This document shows, piece by piece, positions 9,539 through 20,504 of a stretch of 64,000 nucleotides of DNA (its first letter is position 1; the number at the start of each line of letters is the position of its first letter). The notes under the pieces are model-generated. The model ran no database searches and was not told the origin of the DNA. It saw only the letters and a list, made by a program, of their open reading frames with translations. Where the stretch lies: the NCBI GenBank assembly GCA_965214705.1, contig OZ243972.1, positions 3,040,001-3,104,000 on the forward strand, given 5' to 3'. A program made the translations under genes and the position numbers. Source of the stretch: Alphaproteobacteria bacterium (GTDB taxonomy: Bacteria; Pseudomonadota; Alphaproteobacteria; UBA828).

Positions 9539-12500
9539 ATGGATACGAGCGAGCAATTCTTCGAACGCCCCATCCTCAACTCGCCTTACGGGTACCCTGC
9601 GCGGCACTGGGAGCTCGACGCAAGCGGCCAGCCCACCCACCAGGTCATCAACCGACGGCGCGATGTCTCGTTCATCTCGCCGATCCCGTCGGTGAAGAAG
9701 GGCAAGGGCGCCCAACAGGCACTGATCTTCGATGAGGTGGCGCAGCGGGTTGCGACCGAGGGCCAGCAGTACGAGCTGGCGCAGACCATCAACAGTATCC
9801 GGAACGAGGTCGACCGCTGGCGCGCGCTGCCGGAACAGGGCCAGTGGCGGGTGACGCCGGAGACCGCCCGTCTGCTGCATCACTGGCGCCACCACCGCTT
9901 CAACGACATCCGCCCGTTCTTCTGCCAGGTCGAGGCCGTGGAGACGGCGATCTGGTTGACCGAGGTCGCCCCGAGCTACGGCAACGCCGGACGACGTTTC
10001 CTCGACCACCTCGAAAGGGCGAACGCGGAAGCGAACCCCGATCTTGCCCGGCTCGCCCTGAAGCTCGCCACCGGGGCCGGCAAGACCACCGTCATGGCGA
10101 TGCTCATCGCCTGGCAGACCATCAATGCCGTCCGCCGGCCGAACAGCCGACGCTTCACCCGAGGCTTCCTGGTCGTCACTCCCGGCATCACGATCAAGGA
10201 CCGCCTCCGCGTCCTCCAGCCCAACGACCCCGACAGCTACTACCAGAGCCGGGAGCTGGTGCCGGGCGACATGCTGGGCGACCTCGACCGAGCGAAAATC
10301 GTCATCACCAACTTCCACGCCTTCAAGCTCCGCGAGACGATGGATGTTTCCAGGGGCGGCCGCGCCCTCCTCCAGGGCCGCGGCCCGGAGCTGCGCTCGC
10401 TGGAAAGCGAGGGCCAGATGCTCCAGCGGGTCATGCCCGAGCTCATGGGCATGAGGAACGTGCTCGCGCTGAACGACGAGGCGCATCACTGCTACCGGGA
10501 GAAGGGGGGCGAGGACGACGAAGGCAAGCTGACGGGCGACGACCGCAAGGAGGCCGAGAAGAACCGGGAGGCGGCAAGGCTCTGGATCTCCGGGCTGGAG
10601 GCGGTCGGCCGGAAGCTCGGCCTCGCCCGCGTGATCGACCTGTCCGCGACGCCGTTCTTCCTGAGGGGCTCCGGCTACGCGGAAGGCACGCTCTTTTCCT
10701 GGACGATGAGCGACTTCTCGCTGATGGACGCGATCGAGTGCGGCATCGTCAAGCTGCCCCGCGTGCCGGTGGCCGACAACATCCCCGGCGGCGACATGCC
10801 GAAGTTCCGCAATCTGTGGGAACACATCCGCAAGGACATGCCAAAGAAGGGCCGCGGCAAGGCTTCCAACCTCGATCCCCTGAAGATTCCGGTGCCGTTG
10901 CAGACGGCCTTGGAAGCCCTCCACGGCCACTACAAGAAGACCTTCGCGCTGTGGCGGGAGGCAGGCATCGAGGCGCCCCCCTGCTTCATCGTGGTCTGCA
11001 ACAACACGTCCACCTCGAAGCTGATCTACGACTACATCGCCGGCTTCCAGCGCGAGAATCCGGACGGCTCCACGACGCTGGAGAACGGCCGCCTCGAATT
11101 GTTCAGGAACTTCGACGAGCACGGCACACCGCGCGCGCGCCCGCGCACCCTTCTGATCGACAGCGAGCAGCTCGAGTCCGGCGAAGCGCTCGACAGGAAC
11201 TTCCGCACCATGGCGGCCGACGAGATCGAGCGCTTCCGCCGCGAGATCGTGGCGCGTACCGGCGACCGGAAGCGTGCCGAGAACCTGTCCGACCAAGACC
11301 TGCTGCGCGAGGCGATGAACACCGTCGGCAAGGAGGGCCGGCTCGGCGGTGCGACACGCTGCGTCGTCTCGGTCTCGATGCTGACGGAAGGCTGGGACGC
11401 CAACACCGTTACCCACGTGCTCGGCGTGCGGGCTTTCGGCACACAGCTCCTCTGCGAGCAGGCGGTCGGCCGCTCGCTGCGCCGACAGTCGTATGAGTTG
11501 AACGACGACGGCGTCTTCTCCGTCGAGTATGCCGACGTGCTCGGTATTCCCTTCGACTTCACGGCAAAGCCAGTGGTTGCCCCGCCGCAGACGCCCCGCA
11601 AGACCGTGCAAATCAAGGCCGTCAGCCCCGAACGCGATGCCTGCGAGATCCGCTTTCCACGGGTCGCCGGCTACCGCGTCGAATTGCCGGAGGAACGCCT
11701 GCAAGCGAATTTCACTCCCGACGACACGCTGGTGCTGACTCCCGACCTTGTCGGCCCTTCCGTCACTCACAACCAGGGAATCATCGGAGAAGGCGTGGAC
11801 CTCAACCTGGTGCACACCGGCGATCTGCGGCGCTCGACCCTGCTGTTCCATCTCACTAAACGCCTGCTGGAGACCAAGTGGCGCGAACCCGGGGAGGAGC
11901 CCAAGCTGCACCTCTTCGGCCAACTCAAACGTGTGGCGCGCCAGTGGCTTGACAACCATCTTGTCTGCAAGGGCGGTACTTTCCCGGCGCAGCTCATGTA
12001 TCTGGCGCTCGCGGATAAAGCTTGCGAGTGCATCACCCGAGGCATTGTGACGCACCATGTGGTCGAGCATCCCGTGAAAGCCGTTCTCGACACGTACAAC
12101 GCGGCGGGCTCGACCGTCCACGTGCGCTTCGCCACGTCGAAGCAGACGCTGTGGAAGACGGATGCCCGCCGCTGCCACGTCAACCATGTCGTTTGCGACA
12201 GCGACTGGGAGGCCGAGTTCTGCCGCGTCGCCGAGGGACACGCCCGCGTTCGCGCCTATGTCAAAAACCACGGGCTCGGCCTGGAAGTGCCCTATCGCCA
12301 GGGTTCCGAGGCGCGCACCTACATCCCCGACTTCATCGTGCTGGTCGACGACGGGCGGGGCGAGGACGACCCGCTGCACTTGGTCGTCGAGATCAAGGGC
12401 TATCGCGGCGAGGACGCCAAGGACAAGAAGGCGACGATGGACACCTACTGGGTGCCGGGCGTAAACGCGCTCGGAACCTTCGGGCGCTGGGCGTTCGCGG

Positions 12501-12628
12501 AATTCACAGACGTCTACGAGATCGAGGCGGGGTTCGATGAGCTGATCGAGGGCTTCCTGTCCCCGGCCGCCGGCATCGACGCCACGATATCGCCGGTTGA
12601 ACCCTCCGCCGCCCCGCTACACGGGTAA
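9539..12628 (+). CDS. res: Type III-like restriction enzyme Res subunit (SF2 helicase + PD-(D/E)XK nuclease)
   Basis: LATGAGKT, NDEAHH, SATP, MLTEGWD, QAVGRSLR; C-terminal YIPDF...VVEIKG. Confidence 0.9.
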   Translation: MDTSEQFFERPILNSPYGYPARHWELDASGQPTHQVINRRRDVSFISPIPSVKKGKGAQQALIFDEVAQRVATEGQQYELAQTINSIRNEVDRWRALPEQGQWRVTPETARLLHHWRHHRFNDIRPFFCQVEAVETAIWLTEVAPSYGNAGRRFLDHLERANAEANPDLARLALKLATGAGKTTVMAMLIAWQTINAVRRPNSRRFTRGFLVVTPGITIKDRLRVLQPNDPDSYYQSRELVPGDMLGDLDRAKIVITNFHAFKLRETMDVSRGGRALLQGRGPELRSLESEGQMLQRVMPELMGMRNVLALNDEAHHCYREKGGEDDEGKLTGDDRKEAEKNREAARLWISGLEAVGRKLGLARVIDLSATPFFLRGSGYAEGTLFSWTMSDFSLMDAIECGIVKLPRVPVADNIPGGDMPKFRNLWEHIRKDMPKKGRGKASNLDPLKIPVPLQTALEALHGHYKKTFALWREAGIEAPPCFIVVCNNTSTSKLIYDYIAGFQRENPDGSTTLENGRLELFRNFDEHGTPRARPRTLLIDSEQLESGEALDRNFRTMAADEIERFRREIVARTGDRKRAENLSDQDLLREAMNTVGKEGRLGGATRCVVSVSMLTEGWDANTVTHVLGVRAFGTQLLCEQAVGRSLRRQSYELNDDGVFSVEYADVLGIPFDFTAKPVVAPPQTPRKTVQIKAVSPERDACEIRFPRVAGYRVELPEERLQANFTPDDTLVLTPDLVGPSVTHNQGIIGEGVDLNLVHTGDLRRSTLLFHLTKRLLETKWREPGEEPKLHLFGQLKRVARQWLDNHLVCKGGTFPAQLMYLALADKACECITRGIVTHHVVEHPVKAVLDTYNAAGSTVHVRFATSKQTLWKTDARRCHVNHVVCDSDWEAEFCRVAEGHARVRAYVKNHGLGLEVPYRQGSEARTYIPDFIVLVDDGRGEDDPLHLVVEIKGYRGEDAKDKKATMDTYWVPGVNALGTFGRWAFAEFTDVYEIEAGFDELIEGFLSPAAGIDATISPVEPSAAPLHG

Positions 12629-12648
12629 GGCATAAGGCATCGTCCAAA

Positions 12649-13125
12649 ATGGTCACGAAGCTCTATACCGAGGCGGAACTGGACGCCTTCCGGTCGATGC
12701 CCAAACGGATCGCCAACCCCCGGGCGCACTGGCTGGAAAAACCCAAGGGAAGACCCGTCCACCGGCAACGTAACTTTCAGGTCTCCGGAGAGACCGACGA
12801 GGAGGTTCGCTTCCTGATCTACCAGCGGCAAAACCTGGAAGACGAACAGGATTTCTCTTGCGGAATCGCCTACCTGCCACGTGGCGCACCGCCGCTCACG
12901 CTGGCCCGCTATAATGGGCCGAGTCACGAGCACGGCGACATCGCCTACCGCCAGCACATTCATCGTGCGTCGGAGGCAGCGCTCGCAGCGGGCAGGAAAG
13001 CGGAAGCCGACGCGACCGAGACGGGCCGGTTCGAGACCGTGGACGGCGCGCTGGCCTGTCTGACGGAGGACTTCAACGTAAGCGGCGGCGTCGTCCGGCA
13101 CGACGAACCGAGGCTGGACCTGTGA
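12649..13125 (+). CDS. hypothetical protein with RYNG..HEH...HIH motif
   Basis: 158 aa, co-oriented, stop overlaps next start (GTGA). Confidence 0.75.
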   Translation: MVTKLYTEAELDAFRSMPKRIANPRAHWLEKPKGRPVHRQRNFQVSGETDEEVRFLIYQRQNLEDEQDFSCGIAYLPRGAPPLTLARYNGPSHEHGDIAYRQHIHRASEAALAAGRKAEADATETGRFETVDGALACLTEDFNVSGGVVRHDEPRLDL

Positions 13126-13910
13126 CCCTCGACACGGACGCACTCAAAACGCTCCTGTGCGAACGCCTCTGCGAGGAGGTGGGAGTCGATCGGCGTCCCG
13201 ATGGTGCGCTGATGCTGCGCACGCATTTCGAGTTTCCCGATGGCGACCGCTTCCCGATACATGTCTCGGAGTCGGCATCGGGCGGTCTCCGTCTGTCGGA
13301 CCGCGGGCACACGCTGATGCATATCAGCTACGAGCACGACGTCGATTCCTTCCTGGATGGAACGCGGGGGATGATTCTCGAGCGCATCATGGGCGAGGCC
13401 GGGCTTCGCTGGGACGGCGATCGCGGTGCGCTCTGCCTCGACGCCGCGCCCGAGCGCCTGCCGGAGGCCATCTTCGCCTTCGGACAGGCGCTGACCAGGG
13501 TCTACGATCTGACGCTGCTCTCGCGTTCCAACGTCGGCTCCACTTTCTATGACGATCTGGCCGACCTCCTCTTCAGCTACGTGGACGAGGCGCAAATCGA
13601 ACGCGACTTCCGGCCGGACGTGCCCAATGCCGACGCCTATCCGGTGGACTACCGCATCGAGGGGAAGAACGACGTCCCGCTCTTTCTCTACGGCGTGCCC
13701 AACCGGGACAAGGCGCGCCTGACCACGATCATGCTGTCTCACTTCCACCGACACGATCTTCGCTTCGAGTCCATTCTCGTCTTCGAAGATCAGGCCGCGA
13801 TCCCAAGGACCGACCTTGCGAGGCTCTCGGATGTCGGCGGCGACATGATCTCGTCGCTGGCATCCCATGAAGACTTCAACCGAAAGCTCTTGCAGCGTGT
13901 CGCGGCATGA
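13122..13910 (+). CDS. DUF1828-domain protein
   Basis: T.FEFPDGD...LRLSDRGHTL N-terminal signature; C-terminal YPVDYRI possibly a PD-(D/E)XK-like fold. Confidence 0.7.
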   Translation: MTLDTDALKTLLCERLCEEVGVDRRPDGALMLRTHFEFPDGDRFPIHVSESASGGLRLSDRGHTLMHISYEHDVDSFLDGTRGMILERIMGEAGLRWDGDRGALCLDAAPERLPEAIFAFGQALTRVYDLTLLSRSNVGSTFYDDLADLLFSYVDEAQIERDFRPDVPNADAYPVDYRIEGKNDVPLFLYGVPNRDKARLTTIMLSHFHRHDLRFESILVFEDQAAIPRTDLARLSDVGGDMISSLASHEDFNRKLLQRVAA

Positions 13911-13990
13911 CGTACCGCGACGTATCCGCCGACCGTGGTGGCTTGAGCCGTGACGCTTGAGTTCGAGACGATACTGCCGAGGAGCGGCCG

Positions 13991-14281
13991 TTGAGCAGAG
14001 ACGAAATCCTCGCGCTGCTGCGGGCGCACAAGCCGGTGCTCGAACGGCGCTTCGGCATCGTCGACCTCGCCCTTTTCGGATCGTTCGCGCGCGACAGCGC
14101 AACGGCCGGCAGCGATATCGACATTCTGGTTCGCTTCGACGGACCGGCGGATTGGCGGCGGTATTTCGGCGCCCAGTTCTATATCGAGGATTTGTGCGGC
14201 CGCTCTGTCGACCTCGTCACCGACAAGGCGCTCCGTGCCGAGCTGCGTCCCCGTGTGGAGCGGGAAGCCCTGTATGTCTGA
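13991..14281 (+). CDS. mntA: minimal nucleotidyltransferase antitoxin (MntA-like)
   Basis: LFGSFARD....SDIDILV motif, 96 aa, TTG start. Confidence 0.9.
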   Translation: MSRDEILALLRAHKPVLERRFGIVDLALFGSFARDSATAGSDIDILVRFDGPADWRRYFGAQFYIEDLCGRSVDLVTDKALRAELRPRVEREALYV

Positions 14282-14645
14282 GCCGGGCGACGCGCCGCGG
14301 GACTGGCACCTCCATGTCGAGGACATGATCGGCTTCTGCGAAAGGGTCCTCGAGTACACCGCCGGGCTGGACAAGGACGTGTTCGTCGCCAGCCCGATGG
14401 CCTACGACGCCACCCTGCGCAATCTCGAGCTTATCGGCGAGGCCGCGGCCCAAATCCCCGAAACGGTCCGCGACGGTCATCCGGAGATTCCGTGGCGCGC
14501 GATCATCGGGACGCGGAACCGGTTGGCCCACGCCTATCTGCACATCGACGACGACATCATCTGGACCCTGATCGTGGACGCCGTTCCGGAACTCCTTGCT
14601 GCGCTGCGAAAGATTCTGGAGACCGCCGGGAAGGAGGGCGGATAG
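14274..14645 (+). CDS. hepT: HEPN (DUF86) ribonuclease toxin, HepT-like
   Basis: IGEAA, IPWRAI.GTRNRLAHAY (Rx4HxY); overlaps the MNT stop. Confidence 0.9.
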   Translation: MSEPGDAPRDWHLHVEDMIGFCERVLEYTAGLDKDVFVASPMAYDATLRNLELIGEAAAQIPETVRDGHPEIPWRAIIGTRNRLAHAYLHIDDDIIWTLIVDAVPELLAALRKILETAGKEGG

Positions 14646-17291
14646 ATGGCGCGAACGCCGAGAAGACCCAAGTCCGTCAAGACCCTCGTTCACGACGACG
14701 CGACGCGGCGCAACATCCCGACGGCGGAATACCACCCCGTCATGGCGGAGGAGGACAAGGCGCCGATCCGCGTGGCCTACGAGCGCCGCAACCGCGATCT
14801 CGATCCGCAGCTCGTCTGGCGGGGCAAGGACCAGCAGGACGCGGCCGGTCTCGTCGTCCAGGCGCCGCCGCTCTACATCCAGGAGAAGGTGCACCCCAAG
14901 GCCCTGATCGACGACCTGCTGCGCCAGACCAGGGAACGGCGGGACGAGGAGGCGGACGATACGCCGGACCTCTTCGCCGATTTCAATGGCCTCCCTGACG
15001 GCGCCGCGCGCACCGAGTTCTATCGCCACGACGCCAACTGGTCGAACCGCATGATCCTCGGCGATGCCCTTCAGGTTATGGCGTCGCTGGCCGAGCGCGA
15101 AGGCCTGCGCGGCAAGGTGCAGTGCATCTACATCGACCCGCCCTACGGCATCCGCTTTAACTCCAACTTCCAGTGGTCCACCACCAGCCGCGACGTGAAG
15201 GACGGGAACGCCGCCCATATCACCCGCGAGCCCGAGCAGGTGAAGGCCTTTCGGGACACCTGGCGCGACGGCATCCACTCCTACCTGACCTATCTGCGCG
15301 AGCGATTGATCGTGGCGCGAGAGTTACTGACGGAGAGCGGCTCGATCTTCGTGCAGATCGGCGACGAGAACGTCCACCGTGTGCGGGCGCTGATGGATGA
15401 GGTGTTCGGCGACAAGAACTTCGTTGCGATGGTGTATTTCCAAACTGCCGCTAACCAAAATACAATGCGACTTCAGAGACTTTACGATTGCGTGCTCTGG
15501 TATTGTGGTGAGGGGAATCTGAAATATCGCGACCTATTCCGGACCCGGGAATCCCACGAAGTCGCAAATACGTTTACGGCGACGGATGACTTGTCAGGCC
15601 GCCGCTACAAGCCTTCTCAACTAAAGTCGGAAGACGACACAGGTCGCATAATAAAAGCAGGAAGAATTACTCCAAACGGACGCTATTGGCAGAGAAGAAT
15701 TGATGATTTTCCTGTTATTCGATACGATAATGTTTGGACTGGGACTGTTGAGTCCACGTTCTCGCGCGAAAAGATTTATGTTGTGCAGACTAATCGACGT
15801 GTGGTTGAGCGCTGCATCCTACTGACCACCGACCCCGGCGACCTCGTGCTGGACCCGACCTGCGGCTCTGGCACCACGGCCACCGTCGCCGAGCAATGGG
15901 GTCGGTGCTGGATCACCATCGACACCTCCCGCGTCGCACTGGCTTTGGCACGAGCGCGCGTCATGGGTGCGCGCTATCCCTGGTATCTGCTCGCCGACAG
16001 CCCGGAGGGGCAGAAGAAAGAGGCCGAGATCACGCAGAGGGCGCCGTCGAAAGCACCCACCGGCGGCGACATCCGCCAGGGCTTCGTCTACGAGCGCGTG
16101 CCGCACATCACCCTCAAATCCATCGCCAACAACGCCGAGATCGACGTGATCTGGGAGCTCTGGCAGAAGACCCTCGAGCCGCTGCGCGCCCGCCTCAACG
16201 CCGCCCTCGGCAAGAAGTGGGAGGAGTGGGAAATCCCGCGCGAGGCCGGCGAGGATTGGCCGACCGAAGCCGCCGCTGCGCACGCCGAGTGGTGGAAGGC
16301 GCGCATTGCCCGCCAGGCGGCGATCGACGCCTCCATCGCCGCCAAGGCGGACCACGAGTATCTCTACGACAGGCCCTATGTCGACAACGCGCGCATCCGT
16401 GTCGCCGGCCCCTTCACGGTCGAGAGCTTGGCGCCGCACCGCATGTTGGCAGTGGACGAGAACGACGAGCTCTTCTCTGCGCTCACCGACAAGAAGCTCG
16501 GCTACGGCGAGGCCGCGAACTTCACCGACATGATCCTGGAGAACCTCAGGACGGCGGGAGTCCAGCAGGCGCACCGGGAGGACCGCATCGAGTTCACCGC
16601 GCTCACGCCCTGGCCCGGCCACTACGTCTGCGCCGAGGGGCGCTACATCGAGGGCGGCGGCGAAGAGGGCGCCACGCGCCGCGCCGGCGTCTTCATCGGG
16701 CCGGAGTTCGGCACCGTCGCGCGGCCCGACCTGGTGGCGGCCGCGCGCGAGGCCGCCGACGCCGGCTTCGACGTGCTGATCGCCTGCGCCTTCAGCTACG
16801 ACGCCCATGCCGCCGAGTTCGAGAAGCTGGGCCGCATCCCGGTGCTCAAGGCGCGCATGAACGCCGACCTGCACATGGCCGGCGACCTCGCGAACACCGG
16901 CAAGGGCAACCTGTTCGTCATCTTCGGCGAGCCTGATATCGACATCCTGGAAGACGGCGGCGAGCATATCCGGGTGCGGATCAACGGCGTCGACGTCTTC
17001 CACCCCAATACCGGCGAGGTGCGGAGCGACGGCGCCGAGGGCATCGCCTGCTGGTTCGTGGACACCGACTACAACGAGGAGAGCTTCTTCGTCCGCCATG
17101 CCTACTTCCTCGGCGCGAACGACCCCTACAAGGCGCTCAAGACGACGCTCAAGGCCGAGATCGATCCCGACGCCTGGGCCACGCTGAACAGCGACACCTC
17201 CCGCCCCTTCCCCCGCCCCGCCTCCGGCCGCATCGCCGTCAAGGTGATCAACCACCTCGGCGACGAGGCGATGAAGGTGTTCAAGGTGTGA
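14646..17291 (+). CDS. mod: Type III-like N6-adenine DNA methyltransferase (Mod)
   Basis: IYIDPPYG precedes VLDPTCGSGTT (beta-class order); long C-terminal extension ending IAVKVINHLGDE. Confidence 0.92.
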   Translation: MARTPRRPKSVKTLVHDDATRRNIPTAEYHPVMAEEDKAPIRVAYERRNRDLDPQLVWRGKDQQDAAGLVVQAPPLYIQEKVHPKALIDDLLRQTRERRDEEADDTPDLFADFNGLPDGAARTEFYRHDANWSNRMILGDALQVMASLAEREGLRGKVQCIYIDPPYGIRFNSNFQWSTTSRDVKDGNAAHITREPEQVKAFRDTWRDGIHSYLTYLRERLIVARELLTESGSIFVQIGDENVHRVRALMDEVFGDKNFVAMVYFQTAANQNTMRLQRLYDCVLWYCGEGNLKYRDLFRTRESHEVANTFTATDDLSGRRYKPSQLKSEDDTGRIIKAGRITPNGRYWQRRIDDFPVIRYDNVWTGTVESTFSREKIYVVQTNRRVVERCILLTTDPGDLVLDPTCGSGTTATVAEQWGRCWITIDTSRVALALARARVMGARYPWYLLADSPEGQKKEAEITQRAPSKAPTGGDIRQGFVYERVPHITLKSIANNAEIDVIWELWQKTLEPLRARLNAALGKKWEEWEIPREAGEDWPTEAAAAHAEWWKARIARQAAIDASIAAKADHEYLYDRPYVDNARIRVAGPFTVESLAPHRMLAVDENDELFSALTDKKLGYGEAANFTDMILENLRTAGVQQAHREDRIEFTALTPWPGHYVCAEGRYIEGGGEEGATRRAGVFIGPEFGTVARPDLVAAAREAADAGFDVLIACAFSYDAHAAEFEKLGRIPVLKARMNADLHMAGDLANTGKGNLFVIFGEPDIDILEDGGEHIRVRINGVDVFHPNTGEVRSDGAEGIACWFVDTDYNEESFFVRHAYFLGANDPYKALKTTLKAEIDPDAWATLNSDTSRPFPRPASGRIAVKVINHLGDEAMKVFKV

Positions 17292-17321
17292 AACAACCCG
17301 CCCGATCCTGGGAGAGACCCT

Positions 17322-18320
17322 GTGGCTAGTGCCGAGCACCTGAAGGCACTGCTGAAATCGCACATGGAAGGCGATGACGACCGCTTCTTCTCCGTAGCCA
17401 TGCAGGTCGCCGCCCATGAAGCGAGGTTGGGTCACGGAAAGCTCGCCCAGGAATTGCGCGCGATGATCGACGATGCCAAGAGCCTGCGCGGCGCGGGATC
17501 GCCCGTGCCGATCGGTCGACCCCGCGGCGAATTGGCAACGCTGTTGGAGGATTCGTACCCGAAATCCCAGTTGGGTGAGATGATCCTCCGCGAGGAACTC
17601 TCGGAGCAGATTCAGCGCGTCATCCGTGAGCAGCGCCATGCCGGTCGAATTCTGGAGCACGGCCTAGCGCCGCGGCGCAAGCTGCTGCTGGTGGGACCGC
17701 CCGGTACAGGCAAGACGATGACCGCCTCCGTCCTTGCCGGTGAGTTGGGCCTGCCGCTCCTCCAAGTTCGGCTTGACGGTCTCATCACCAAGTTCATGGG
17801 CGAAACGGCGGCCAAGCTCAGACAGATCTTCGACGCCACGGGACGGACGCGAGGCGTCTATTTCTTCGACGAGTTCGATGCCATCGGTTCACAACGCGGC
17901 CTCGCCAACGACGTGGGCGAAATCCGCCGGGTCCTGAACAGCTTTCTCCAAATGATCGAGCAGGACCGTTCCCACAGCCTAGTGATCGCGGCGACCAATC
18001 ATCCCGACCTACTTGACTCGGCGCTCTTCCGACGCTTCGACGACGTACTGCATTACGACCTTCCCGACCGGTCGCAGATCGTGAAATTGCTGAGAACGCG
18101 TTTGTTGGGCAGCGCCTTGAAACGAGTTCGCTGGACCAGCCTCGCGGAGACCGCGGCAGGTTTGAACTATGCCGAGGTCACGCGTGCCGCCAACGAGGTA
18201 TTGAAGGACGCGCTTATTCATCGACGCAACCGCGTTGGAGAGTCAGACATTCGAATGATGCTCGAAGAGCGCAAATCCATCGTCGACAGGCTGAACGAGA
18301 AGACTGCGAAGAGTACATAG
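17322..18320 (+). CDS. ietA: AAA+ ATPase, IetA-like partner of the S8 protease
   Basis: GPPGTGKT, FFDEFD, ATNH, FRRFD; directly upstream of the S8 peptidase. Confidence 0.85.
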   Translation: MASAEHLKALLKSHMEGDDDRFFSVAMQVAAHEARLGHGKLAQELRAMIDDAKSLRGAGSPVPIGRPRGELATLLEDSYPKSQLGEMILREELSEQIQRVIREQRHAGRILEHGLAPRRKLLLVGPPGTGKTMTASVLAGELGLPLLQVRLDGLITKFMGETAAKLRQIFDATGRTRGVYFFDEFDAIGSQRGLANDVGEIRRVLNSFLQMIEQDRSHSLVIAATNHPDLLDSALFRRFDDVLHYDLPDRSQIVKLLRTRLLGSALKRVRWTSLAETAAGLNYAEVTRAANEVLKDALIHRRNRVGESDIRMMLEERKSIVDRLNEKTAKST

Positions 18321-20504
18321 TTCAAGGGTTTTAGCTGCCCCATGTCGAATGGAACCGACGAAAGACATCGGCACTTCATCCTTGAAGGAGTGACCGAAAC
18401 GGAAGCTTTTCGCTCGCGAGGCGGAGGCGGGCGGCTACCAATTCCACCGAGAAATCGCGCTCAGCATGGAGGTGCCCTACAGCGTCAGATCGACGAGTTG
18501 CGGACCGAAGCGGAGGCCGCAAGCGAGGCTCAGCAAGAAGCTGGGCTAGAAGACGGGCTGGGGCTCCAAATCGAGTTCGAGGGTTTTCCGGAGATCGAAC
18601 TGGCGTTCGAGAGCTTGGCTAGGGAAACGCAAGGCATCGAATTACTGAACGTCCGTCAAGATGAGGACCGCACGCACGCCACCGTGTTCGTTCCCGATGG
18701 AAGACTCGATCACTTCGAAGGCCTTATCCGCGATTACCTGTCAGAGAAGCGAGACAGCATCGGACGGCCCCGCGACAACCAGCGTCTGATCGACGCCATC
18801 AGTCAAATTAGGGCCGCGAGCCTCCGGGCACTGTGGACAGACGATCAGGAAGCTTTTCCTACCGATGACGAGGAACAGTTCTGGCGGGAGGTTTGGCTAC
18901 CGGTTCGCGGGAAGCAGCAAGTCGTGGTCGAAACGTTTCGCCGACTGGCGGAAGCCCAGGGGATGGAGGCTGCGCAGGGAGAGTTGATATTTCCTGAGCG
19001 CTCTGTGCTCCTAGTTCGTGCTTCCCGCGAGCAAATGGCAAGCTCCATTCTCACGCTCAACAGTATCGCTGAGTTGCGGCGAGCCAAAGAGACGGCGAAC
19101 TTCTTCGATTCCCTTGAGCCCGAGGAGCAGCGTGAGTGGTTTGAAAACCTGCTGAATCGTACCCGATTTTCGCCCGATGGCGATGTTGTGCCCTATGTCT
19201 GTCTGCTCGACACCGGTGCAAACCGGGGTCACCCGCTTCTCGCGCCTGCGCTTGCAGTTGACGACATGCACACGGTCGAACCGGCTTGGGGAGCCGGCGA
19301 CATCCAGGGTCACGGCACTCAGATGGCGGGGTTAGCTCTTGCCGGCGATCTAACGGAGTGTCTCGACGGCAACAATCCTGTGGTAGTCGATCATCGTCTG
19401 GAATCGGTGAAGCTGCTGCCGCACGACGGGGCTGGCGGAACCGACTCCCGTCACCATGGGCTGCTCACTATTGAGGCCGTCAGCCGACCAGAAGTCACGG
19501 CACCGGCTAGACTCAGAGTCTTTGGAATGGCCGTCACAGCCCGCGACAATCGGGATCGAGGACGGCCATCCGCCTGGTCAGCAGCCTTAGATTCGCTGGC
19601 CGCTGATGTCGACGGGTACGGCGCCCGTCCACGATTGCTGGTTGTTTCCGCCGGGAATATCGAGGACCCGAACGCATGGTCGGACTACCCCGAAAGCAAC
19701 GACAGCGATGGGGTGCATGACCCGGCCCAAGCCTGGAACGTACTCACGGTCGGAGCCTTTACAGATCTCGCGCGGATCACAGAACCCGATGCACAAGACT
19801 ACACACCAATCGCGCCGGGAGGCGGTCTCAGCCCTTTCAGCACCACGTCGGTAACATGGCAACCTCAATGGCCGCTCAAGCCGGATGTAGTGCTTGAAGG
19901 GGGTAACGCGGCCATGGACTCGCTGAGCACGGTTTGGATGCCGAGTCTCAGTCTTCTGACAACCCATCATCTGCCTGCTGATCGGCTCTTGACGACAGCA
20001 AACGCCACCAGTTCGGCAACAGCGCTCGCATCTCGCCTTGCTGCCCAGGTGATGGCCGAATACCCGGATCTTTGGCCGGAGACTATTCGCGCTCTGATCG
20101 TGCATTCAGCAAAGTGGACGGGCGCCATGAAACGGATGCACCTGGCGTCAAACCCGAAGCCGTCGAAAGCTGACTATCAGAACCTGCTGAGGCGATGTGG
20201 ATTCGGGGTTCCGGATCTGGACCGCGCTCTATGGAGCGTCTCGAATTCCTTGACCATGGTCGTCCAGGAAAGATTGAACGAAGCCGCTACGCGGAGTTAG
20301 CGGCGTAGAGTTCATTCATTTCCGAGGCGTCGCGGGTGCCGTTTGTTCTGTGCGTTCGCTTCCCGGTTGCGTCAGTGGCGCTCCGCCCGTCGGGTGGCGG
20401 ATCCCCAGCAGCCTCCCGATCACCAGTGGTTAGCATCGACCCCTGCGACGGACCGTCGCCGGATCGGTCCGGCGGCGCGCCGTCGCGATCCAGGGAGATC
20501 GATA

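Noticed and set aside
9392-12379. 995-aa antisense ORF and similar long shadow ORFs (e.g. 3792-6173, 6717-9242, 15819-17660, 46340-48640)
   Set aside because: Typical stop-poor alternative frames of high-GC genes; no motifs
14646-17291. Phase-variable mod (phasevarion)
   Set aside because: No simple-sequence repeat tract seen in or before the gene
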